A program made the translations under genes and the position numbers. This document shows positions 53,861 through 64,000 of a stretch of 64,000 bases of DNA, in pieces; the stretch's first letter is position 1, and each line of letters begins with the position of its first letter. The notes beneath the pieces were generated by a model. That model saw only the letters and a list, made by a program, of their open reading frames with translations. It did no database searches and was not told the DNA's origin. The stretch covers positions 295,505 through 359,504 of the forward strand of contig NMRA01000285.1 of the NCBI GenBank assembly GCA_002633005.1. The letters are read 5' to 3'. Origin of the DNA: Phoronis australis. Its lineage: Eukaryota > Animalia > Phoronida.

Positions 53861-54828
53861 TAACTGTAGTTAATTGTTCATCCAAGATTGTTGTGATCAG
53901 GTGAATGACCAGCAAATGATTACAGAGTTTGTCATTTTGAACATCCTTGTTGTCAACCAAAACGGATGGGAAATTAGCTTCCCATGTTCTTGGTTTTATT
54001 CAATTCTTTGTCATGTTAAATGAAATCTAATGTCTTTGTAAAATGCTTGGTTTTGTTTTGTGAAGTGAAATTGTGGATACAGTTTCGGACTTTTATACCA
54101 AGTCTGCAGATTTTGTTAAGAAATGTTTGAAGTATGCATCAGACTTGGTTCTTTTTACTGTGACAAAATTTCTTTCAAGTTCACATACTGATTGTTATCC
54201 AAGTGTGTGGTATCGCATGATGGATTAACTTATCAGGTAAAGAAGCATTCAGTCATCTGCTTTTGCAGTTTGTTGTGTGTACAATATTAATGTTCTATAC
54301 TCACCTGTGTCAACACTCACTTGTTGGGCTTAGAGTCCACACCTAATTTATATGAACTGGTCTCAATAATTTTAGCTACCATCATGAATTTAGTTTTAGC
54401 GACGTCTTGCCATATTCAGGTGTGGAAATAACCATTCACTACTCAAGAAGACTAAAATCATGGTTCTTTTGGTTCTCGTGCATTCAGTTATTGCAGTGGT
54501 GTGCAGGAAGGTGCCCATCTCAGATTTTGTGTTAACTGAGATTAGTTAAGGTAACTGACGTGTGAAAGTATTTTAATCTTAAAAGTGTTAAAGAGAAGTC
54601 TTGTTTACGTCATCGTTTGCAGGAGTGCAAGTTATACACTTATATCACATTGCACAGTTGACTATCACTATGGTTGAGTGCCAAGTGTTCTGTGGTCACA
54701 TGTGAGTATTACAGTGGGATAATGTGAAATTTCAGAGTAAAGTTTTGAACATTCCATGATGAGTAGTCAAGGGTGAGAAAGTGTGAAATTTTGACTGACT
54801 AGGTACTAATCATAACATAATCTATAAC

Positions 54829-54855
54829 AATAAAAGTGTGTGTATCATATTTATT
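54829..54855. terminator. Back-to-back poly(A) signals: AATAAA (+) 54829-54834 and AATAAA (-) 54850-54855
   Basis: Hexamers seen directly. Composition switches here from T/G-rich (left) to A/C-rich (right), between the convergent genes. Confidence 0.55.
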
Positions 54856-55669
54856 CAACATTCAAATTGTTCAAAATGTATTATTTAAAATTTGAAACCT
54901 CAACCAACAAAATAAAACATTTCCCAACTTAAAATATCAACACCAATATTCGTGCCATTTGTCAGATCTATCTGAAGACAACTTCTACATGTAATAAAAC
55001 TGACGGTTCTGAACAGGAAAGACAAGTACATCAGATCTTTACTTTTTGGTAAAAATAAATACTTTACAGCATCCTAAAAATAAATTTACACATTTCCTTA
55101 TGACACACAAAGATGGCGTACTTAAAAATTAACACATCTATCTTTGTACACAACAGTCCTCTGTTAATACAGAATAACTCTCATCAGTCAGATTTTCGCT
55201 TGGTCAAAGTTTTGCAGTATGTGTGCTGTAGTTCATGTTCTTAGCTCTTCAGATTTCGCCTTACTCGGATGAAATTTGGTTGGATCCAACATATGTAGTA
55301 ATAGTATATTAACAAAGGTTTTCATTAAAAATGGTTTCATTAAAAATGACCCCATCAGTTCATAACACAGATCCTACACAAAGTAAACACTACACAAACA
55401 TAGCACCAATAAACCTAACAATAACAAAGCAACATGTTCACAACCAATAACAAAACTCCCTCACCACAGTATTTTCATAACATCATTCCTAGCCAATAAG
55501 CTAAATGAGGGTATGCTGGGAGTAATTTAAGTAATAGTTTGATATAACGTGCCTACATTTTTAAGAACCAGTTTTCTCCATTGAATAATGGGGATCAAAT
55601 TGCTTCTCAAAATGTGGCCACATTTTATACGATTATTACCTTAATTTTTATAATAAATGTAGCGCATAC

Positions 55670-57850
55670 ACAATGAGGGCCTTCTAGGAAGTCAGTGCTG
55701 AAACTGAAGAGGCCATCCTCATTTTAAATATTACAAAAAGTAAAAAAAAAATTAAATGAAAACCGAACCTGAATGAGTACAAAAAATCAAGTACTTTGGA
55801 GTCGGCACAAATGTTAACTTGATCCTGCCAGAAAAAAAATTGCATTGTGTAGAGCAAGTTTTCTGAAAGAAATGGGAGATCATGCAAGACCACGTAAATG
55901 TGTTTCGTTAGTAAGCTCGAAACCTCGACGACTAGCAAAATGGTGGCCACTAATTAAAAGTGATCGGTCGATGAGACCATGATACTGAATGAAGAAACTG
56001 CTAATCACGGCTTCTGTTCCACAAGTAAAAATATCTCGTAATTCGTCATGAATACCTTGCATTACGGAATGTGCCCCTCACTGATGCTGTATGGACATGT
56101 CTGTCGGGTGAATGACCATTAATATAATAGATTCTTGAGATAAATTCAGGTGACAGATCTTTGTGGAATGTCTGCTGTATCCTACAAAATGTCCACCAGA
56201 TGGCATGGAATATTGTCATCTCTCACAACTACTTGCCAAATTTCATGAAAATACATTCAAAGACCTCAAAGGATACAAAAGCAAACGTATACTAAAAAAA
56301 CTGCCATTAATAACCACAGCCGTAGTCGAATCCATCCATCCGCTGTCAAGTTAATAGGAATACAATTGCAAAGTTTAAAAAACATCTTGAAAGTGGTTAA
56401 AGAGAAACAACTGCAGAATAAACTGATGCAAAAAAATGTTACTAGGGGGCACCGCAGCAGCTAGACCTTTTTCAAAACTCAAATCAGTCATGCTCTTGTC
56501 AGTAGGAACACATCTGCCAAATTTCATAACCATCCTCTGCGCAGTTTGGCACATACAGAAGCAGACAACGAAAAACACTAAACATAATTAAAATGGCCCT
56601 AGTTGGTGCAGAATAGATCCAATCCATCACAAAAAATAAGGGTGCTGTGGTTTACAAATTTGTTTGCCCAATTTCAAGAAAAAACATAAAAGAACTGACG
56701 TTACACATGCAAACGTAAAAATAAAATTGCCACTAGGGAGCACAGCTGTAGTTGATTTGGTATGAAACTCGCCGTCATCTCTGCCGTCTCCATAGGAGCA
56801 CATCTGCTAATATTGTGCATAAGGGTAAAGCAGATACAGCCATGGCCGCAAAAAAATTGCCACTACGGAGCACCAGAGTAGTCGAACATGTCCAAAAATC
56901 AACTAAAGCCTTACTCTTCTCATCACTTCTCCAAACTTTGATAATGATCCTTCAAGCAGTTTGCTGGATGGAGAGGGTGATGTATAAAAAGTACTCAAAA
57001 ACCTTTAAAATGCTGCAGAATAGGTCAAATTCATCCTAAAATGAGAAGGCGTCAACGTCTCCTTAATAGAAATTAACATTTGCAATACAAATTAACGTTT
57101 GCAAAATTCCATGATACAAACAACAGCAGCTACACTTCAAACTTATCCAAAAACAGGAACCTGTCATCGTCTCTTTAATGGAAACCTATTTATTAAATTT
57201 CGTAAAACTAGTCCATCAAGGATATTCAAAGATACAGAGAATAATGGAAAAATACGAAATTGCCACGAGGGGGCACAGTTGTCGTCATCTGTTGTAAACT
57301 TCATATAAATACACTTGCCAAGTTTAATAAAAATCCTGAAGAGGATTTAGGAGATACAGCCATAAGAGAAAAGAAAACTGCTCCTAGGAGGCGCCACAGT
57401 AGTTGAAGCCGTTGAAAAATCAATGCCAGCCATCCTCTTCAGAGTATTAACATATATGCCAATTTTCACAATCATAGTTAAGAGTGGTTTGGTTCATATA
57501 GGGGCAGCTGCCAAAAAAAATGACTCGAAAACAGTGAAAATGGCCACTAGGTGGCACAAAATACTTCAAATCTATCTGAAAATTGGAAGGTAGCATCATC
57601 TCACTAGCAGATACCTATTTGTCAGATTTTATGAACATCCATTGAGGATTCAGAGGTAAATGTAAAAAAACTAAAATTGCCATTAAAGGGGTGCATCGGT
57701 GGTTGGATCCGTCAGAAAATTCATTCATGATGTCTATCATCAAAAGTACGGTATGTGCAAAATTTCATGAACATATATCAAAGAGTTTTGAAGATAGTCT
57801 GCGGAAGCTGGACGAATGGAGAGGGATGATGACAACATAAAAATGTCATT
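55670..57850 (+). mobile_element. Interspersed repeat with diverged ~130-160-bp internal units containing CCACTAGGGGGCRC (Helentron/HINE-like architecture), copy A
   Basis: Recurring tgccaaatttcatgaa / gagatacagcc / aaattgccactagggggca modules; 57240-57720 is colinear with 60830-61370. Confidence 0.65.
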
Positions 57851-58034
57851 CAATGATTACTTTTCTGAGGACCAGCACAGTCTAATTCATTGTTGAATGT
57901 TTGTGTCCCCAGTAGAAACACTGTGGGAGGTAACCTGCACGAGTACGGCACCATATCGAAAAGAAAATCAATATTAAATCCTATCAATAAATCTTTCTTT
58001 AACAGTTGTGTAGCCCAACTAGGTGGCATCACAA

Positions 58035-58155
58035 TCAAATTTCATTTGATTCACTTGTTTCAACTTGATGATAGTTGACATTCACATGGAGAGTGGTGCG
58101 AAACCGCTGGCTACAGAAGCGACTGCAGTTTTTGGCAATTTTAGCAGACATCGAT
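58035..58155 (-). CDS. Probable terminal coding exon of the SLC2A10/12-like gene: (Q)SMSAKIAKNCSRFCSQRFRTTLHVNVNYHQVETSESNEI*
   Basis: Strong acceptor tttctcttttcag; phase 2 compatible; 40 open codons ending in TGA; YxxPhi (YHQV) near the end, as recalled for the GLUT10 tail. Alternative shorter terminal exons exist. Confidence 0.65.
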
Positions 58156-60332
58156 CTGAAAAGAGAAATTATTGCGTGCTTACATCTTGTGTCAATAATC
58201 TCGGGTAAGTATAATACAAAGATGACATTAATAACTTTTCGATACTACCGAGCAGGTGTGTACAGCTGAACCTCATCAGAATGTACCCTGTTTAGAATGT
58301 TTATAGCCATACAACATAAAAACTTCCGAGTCCCAACTTACCTCATATGTTTGATACCAGCCACAGTAATATTTATGACAAGGACCTTCAAGACGTTTAC
58401 ATCAATACAACGCTAAACATTTCCCATCCCTCAGTCCTATTGACTACGTTCATTTATGACTACGACACAGTCTGTTAAACATGCACATGCCAACAGTACA
58501 AACACTGTGTCGTGTTTTGAGTTGTGTGTGACAGGCACCACTACTACAATACTAGAATTCAAAAGACGCCTACTGGGTCAATATGTCAGGAAATGAACAC
58601 ATTCCAATTAGTTTGAATCGCAAAGCTGAGATTAAAGTATGTCAGAGCAGCTAGCAACAGACTGAAAGTAAGTGAGAAGCGTTGTTTGGTCCAGTCAACC
58701 ATTTCTACGCTTGTTTACAATCTGGGAAGAAATAGCAATGGACTAGAACAGCCTGAAACGTCTGATATTCATGGCACGCCGCACAAACTTAAGTGGACAA
58801 GCTGCAATCAGGTGGTTCTGACAAGCAAGGGCTCAACACATCTCCATGGGCACTTTCTCCATGAAAAGGAGTCAAAATTTTCATTAAATTGTAAATGTCC
58901 AACAGTTGCGGTGGTTGGTTAGATCATTTAAAAATATGACATAACATTATTTTTAAGACTGCAGCTCATCGGGAAAATCAGAAACTAGAAACTAAAAAAA
59001 AACTGAAAAGAGATTATCCTCATTCAGAAGATAATTCACCAGCATGAAACAACTTTTCTAAAGCGGACTTTGCCCGTTTGCTTGCATTTGTAATTGATGT
59101 TGAATTGTTTATAATTGAAATTAGATTATACTTTATAGGTTTTCACAAAATGTAGAATTTTTTCAAGAAACATATCTATTTTAGTCTGCCAAATAAATTG
59201 GCAAAAATAAGCTTTCTGAAAAAAATTACACTTTCCACAAGAAGTATGTGGAAAAACATGAAACATCATACACCTCAGTTGGTACTTTAATCATCACCAA
59301 AACAGATATGAAGTTCTCAGCTGAACAAAGCTTTAGTCCTGACTTCAAACAGATCCCTCGTGGCTGTTTTCTTATACCACAGCTAGTTTGACACAAAAAA
59401 TTTCAAATTTCACAAATTTCCAGATGTAACAACAGAAAGCCACCGTGACAAACAAAGAAACACAAACACCCCAGTCAGCTCACACATGTCCCTGTTTCCT
59501 GACATGAAAGCGGGTTGAAAATAAAGCACAACCGTTTTCCAAACTCGATGCAAAATGATAAAAGTGACAGCAATAGGTCGGGAACAAATAACATTGTTTC
59601 TACAGATTTCTTTTTGTATCACGTATTAAAATAAATGAATAATGAGCACAATAAGTGGTCTAACACATTTCTTAGTTCATAAACCATTAAGTACAAAACC
59701 ATTCAAGTTATGTTCCCCATGCAACCTTATTCTCAGCAGTCATGCATCGACAAAACTACCAAAACCCAAGGATTGTGACTTACAACTTGGTTAGTACTAC
59801 ACACTAGGTGTCGCCGCTAAAGCAACTGTTTAACTGGCATTGTATCAAGCAGCTGAAAGAGAACGCAGTGCCTACCATTACACACACATACACACAGACT
59901 GCTATGTTGCACAAATCACAGACAATCCAACTAAAAAAAGAGAATCCTCTCCAAATTTCGGTTAACGGCCGTGAACGGTGTATTTCTCCTAAGTTTGTTG
60001 GTCTCATAAGGAGCATGATTATGCTTTCAGCGTCTGGTGATGGAGGGATTTCCTTTCATGGAAGAAAGCTTGTCCATTCAATGCATGAGTGAGAGTAAAG
60101 TCGGTGAGAACCATAGCAATGAAGAATGTTTTACAAGATTCGTTTAACATAGCATTTGAAACCTAACTCTGGATCAAGGCTGACAAAAAACACAACACAA
60201 TAAATAATTATATTTACAAATAAGTGCAACAATACAACATATGTGTACGACTTATAGCACGAGTGGTATGAATGCATGCATCTGGTTTGATCTAGAGCAT
60301 ATTGGTAAGCATGGAATGAGAGTACAACTCAC

Positions 60333-60465
60333 TGTTCTTTGAGATCGGCAGAAATCTGCTCCAAGGTTCGGTTCTTTGTTTCTGGCACCAGGGCGAAGAT
60401 GTATAAAACGGAGAGAGAGCAGATGATGGCATATATGAAAAAAGTGGATGAGACACCAATGGAAT
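60333..60465 (-). CDS. SLC2A10/12-like exon: DSIGVSSTFFIYAIICSLSVLYIFALVPETKNRTLEQISADLKE (TM12 plus PETK motif)
   Basis: ctccacag| acceptor, CA|gtgagt donor; phase matches the previous exon; canonical PETKx-x-LEQI signature. Confidence 0.92.
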
Positions 60466-60480
60466 CTGTGGAGAAAATAA

Positions 60481-60700
60481 GTCACATATTAGTGTAACGT
60501 CCAGTTCTACCGAAATACATGACATGACATGGTCACAAGTTTGTGTCACATCCAGTACTACACAAATACATAACATGACATAGTCACGTTTGTGTAACAC
60601 CCAGTACTACACACAAATACATGACATGACATGGTGATATGTTTATGCTACATCAAGAACTACACAGTCATGCACATAACACGACAGGGTCATATTTTGG
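60481..60700 (+). repeat. Degenerate ~50-bp tandem repeat, about 4 copies
   Basis: Recurring ccagtactacacaaatacatgacatgacatggtcac. Confidence 0.8.
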
Positions 60701-60729
60701 GAACACGACCACTTAACGTGTAATTAGTC

Positions 60730-61495
60730 CCTAGGATATACTGTGAAGTCTGGGAAATCAAAATAAATGGAAACCCACAAGAAACTAAACAACAAACTAA
60801 ACAACAAATTAAAATCCATCAAGGACCTTTGAAGATACAGAGGTAAACTTAAAAAAAAAAAATTGCTACTAGGGGGCACACCTGTAGTCCAATTGTCCCG
60901 AAAGTCGTCGTCATCCGTTATCAACTTCATATGAACACATTTGCAAGATTTAACAAAGATCGTGTAGAGCGTTTAAGAGACACAGCCATGGGCGCAAAAA
61001 CAAAAAAACTGTCAATAGGAGGCGCCACAGTAGTTGAAGTTGTCGGAAAATCGTCAACCATCCTTTTCATAGTAAGAACAGTACAACATACATGCCAATT
61101 TTTCGCAAGCATCCTTAGAGTGGTTTGGTTGACAGAGGGGCGGACGGCAAAAATGGACTCGAAAATAGTAAAAATGGCCACTAGATGGCGCAAAATGCCT
61201 CGAATCCATCCGAAAATAGGAGGATAGCGTCATCTCATTAATAGATGCCTATGTGCCAAATTTCATGAAAATCGGTCAAGGATTTTTAAAGATACAGACT
61301 GAGGTAAATGTACAAAATTAAAATTGCCCATAGGGGGCATAACGGTATTCAGATCGGTCCAAAACTCGTGATCCTCAATAAGATCCTGTAAGGGGTTTAG
61401 GAGATACAGCTGCAGACGCTGGACGCCCAGATGCCTGGACGGCCAGAGATGACGGCAATATGCACCCACATATAAATATATGTAGGCGCATAAAA
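60730..61495 (+). mobile_element. Same repeat family, copy B, ending in GGACG-type microrepeats and a terminal hairpin
   Basis: Four units, then gacgctggacgcccagatgcctggacgg, then hairpin tgcacccacatata-aa-tatatgtaggcgca (61461-61490). Confidence 0.65.
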
Positions 61496-61857
61496 ATGCT
61501 TCCAACAATTAAGTTTGTAATTGTAGTCCATTTGAACAGTTTGTTCTCAAGACACAACAAATTTCCAATTCAGTGCTTTCATTCAGAGATCAATTAGAAA
61601 TCTCCTTATTCTGCAAGTTAATGCATTAGGTCCTATTATAAAGACACTAAAATGCAAATTATGACACTGTTAACTCAAGCACTTAACAAATTTGCAAATT
61701 TCTGTTGAATTGATGATTGTCGTAAAATAGTATGCAGAAACAAAATTATCGTAGTGGTGTAAACAATGCATTAACTCCATCACTTAACGAGCCTGTTGAA
61801 GACAAACTTGTTGTTTTAATCATTATGAGAATCAAAGTACATAGTACAGCATCTCAC

Positions 61858-61980
61858 CAATAATATTGAGGAATGTCATGGTCACCACCAGATTTGTTGA
61901 CCAGTTTAATATAGTTGCCAAGGAGACCGCTCGACCTTTCAAGGATGATGGGAATATTTCGCTGAGTATCAGCCATGTAA
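61858..61980 (-). CDS. Facilitated glucose transporter, class III (SLC2A10/SLC2A12-like), internal exon: TWLILSEIFPSSLKGRAVSLATILNWSTNLVVTMTFLNII
   Basis: 123-bp minus-strand exon with tttacag| acceptor and G|gtgaga donor. W-x3-SEIFP-x4-GRA sugar-porter motif most like GLUT10/12. Upstream exons lie beyond the window. Confidence 0.92.
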
Positions 61981-62384
61981 CTGTAAACAGACAGTGATTA
62001 GAGGCACACTCTTTCGTACCGGGAATATTAAGTAATCACACATGACATGGCATATTCTATTTGGCCAATTAGAACACGTCAAGAAACGTCAATTTCATAA
62101 TTTGCATGGTTTGAAGAGTACAGTTAATAAAAGAACACCTTTAGTATTTCTATAGCATAAAAAATTATATCTGAAGTTTAAAAACCGGACGATCACCGAT
62201 AACATGCAGAGCTCAGTGACCCTGCAACTATGGTGATGACCAGCTACTGACTATATTCTATGTATTTCTCACTTCACTCTTTGGATGTTACCTGAGCAGT
62301 ATGTTGGCACTTGTTGTCCTAAATTGTTGTAAATATGATCTTGATGATGTCTAATGAAAAGACGAAACGTTGAATTGAACATGA

Positions 62385-63586
62385 AACAGCTTATTATTTA
62401 AAATGACTTATTCTTATTAAAATGACATAGGCAAAAAATTGAATTTCGGACCTCAAAAGCGAGGCCCCCTATATTAATATAGGGGGCCTCGCTGAAAGGA
62501 GGCCGGAGAGCGGGGCCCCCTATATTAATAAGATGACGACAGAAGAGGACAAATTTCGGACGGATCTGACAACCATTGTGCCCCCTAGTGGCAATTATTT
62601 TTTTACATTTACCTCTGTATCTTTAAAGGTCGTCTAAAGATTTTTGTGAAACTTGGCATATAGGCACCTGTTAGTAGGATGATGCTATATTCCTGTTTTC
62701 GGAAGGAGTCAAGGTATTTTGCGCCACCTAATAACCATTTTCACTGTTTTTTGGCATCCGCCTCTCTATCAACCAAACCGCTCTTTAAGATGATTGTAAA
62801 AATTGGCATGCATGTATTTTCTTACTATGAAGAGAAAGCCTGACGATGATTTTCTGATTAATCTGGCTACTGTGGCACCTCCTAGTGGCAGTTTATTGGA
62901 GACATGATGCTATCTCCCTATTTTCCGATTTATTTGAGACATTTTGCGCCACCTAGTGGCCATTTATGTTTTTTCCAATCGTTTTTTTGGCATCTGCTCC
63001 TCTATCAACTAAACCATTCTATGGATTATTGTGAAAATGGATATATCTGTTCTCAGTTTGAAGAGTATGGCTGACGATGACGACTAACTACTGTGGCGCC
63101 TCCTAGCTTTTTTGCGCCTATAGCTGTATGTCCTAAGCCTACTGCAGGATCTTAATTAAATTTAGCAAGTGTATTCATATCATGTTGAGAACAGATATTG
63201 ACAACTTTCAGGTGCATTGCCCCCTAGTGGCCATTCCATTTTTTCCGGTCTTCCTTTGTTTCTCTATAGTTTCTTGACAGATTTTTATGGAAATTGGTAA
63301 ATACTTTCTATTAAAGAAACGATGTTTCAGTTTTCGGATGGAGTTGACATGTTTTGCGCCATCTGGTGGCCATTTTTATGATACAAATAGATGTCACAAG
63401 AAGCATGCTGTTTGTGATGCCCAATTGCTTCAAAATTTTTCGCTCTCCGGCAGCCTTTCGGCGAAAGGAGGAAGGAGAGCGGGGCCCCCTATATTAATAT
63501 AGGAGGCCTCGCTTTTGAGGTCCGAAATTCAATTTTTTGCCTATGTCATTTTAATAAGAATAAGTCATTTTAAATAATAAGCTGTT
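62385..63586 (-). mobile_element. 1.2-kb element with about 104-bp near-perfect TIRs, 4-bp TSD ATGA, enclosing inverted units of the same repeat family
   Basis: 62385-62488 is the reverse complement of 63483-63586 with one mismatch seen; atga on both flanks; perfect 36-bp palindrome at 62458-62493. Confidence 0.88.
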
Positions 63587-64000
63587 ATGAACTTTTTTGT
63601 TTGTGCGGCGATCGTCTGGTTTTTAATGTTATTGTGTCCAAAAACTGATTTAATTAACAATATTTGAAGTGTTTCTTAACTGTGCGTGTCATATTCCCAG
63701 TCATTTGAATTTCAAAATGGAAAATGGTCAATCTTTAGACATCTTAATACTAGACCGGGCGCAAGCGCTACTGCAGCTGACAACTTGACGCCATATTGGA
63801 GAGTGTTACTAGTCACGTGACATGGCTAATTGCCGTGTAAACAATCAGGGTAAATTGTCCTTTTCAAAGCGCGATATCTAACAAATAAAAACAGGCCAAA
63901 GAGTGTGATTTTTTTCCAGAAACATAAAAAAACATGTGATGTAGCACTTACGTGCGTTTTTTAAGAGTTAACGTGTCAATAGGGAAAATATCAAACTATA

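Noticed and set aside
60252-60291. Terminal transporter exon using the AG at 60292
   Set aside because: Would need an intron of about 41 nt, implausibly short here.

Overview
Eukaryotic (invertebrate-animal-like, AT-rich, GT-AG introns) genomic DNA; most ORF-track entries are spurious. Three protein-coding loci are supported. (1) A complete 13-coding-exon ERMP1 gene (M28 ER metallopeptidase, + strand, 34833-51739, about 887 aa when spliced). (2) The 3' exons of a class III sugar porter (SLC2A10/SLC2A12-like, - strand, 58035-61980, continuing past the window), which the ORF track misses; it converges on ERMP1, and the two genes appear to have back-to-back poly(A) signals near 54.83-54.86 kb. 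(3) A single-coding-exon 107-aa single-pass membrane protein (22310-22633) that aligns in register with vertebrate KCNE (MinK/MiRP) potassium-channel beta subunits; this is the most interesting candidate. The rest is transposon debris: CAG-ended MITEs with 5-bp TSDs, a deleted piggyBac, a LINE fragment, a solo-LTR-like element with a heat-shock-element cluster upstream of a TATA box inside an ERMP1 intron, and a repeat family carrying arrays of CTCF-like motifs, one copy bounded by near-perfect ~100-bp inverted repeats. One assembly gap lies at 44838-45559. All homology calls are by eye and from recalled family motifs; no searches were run.
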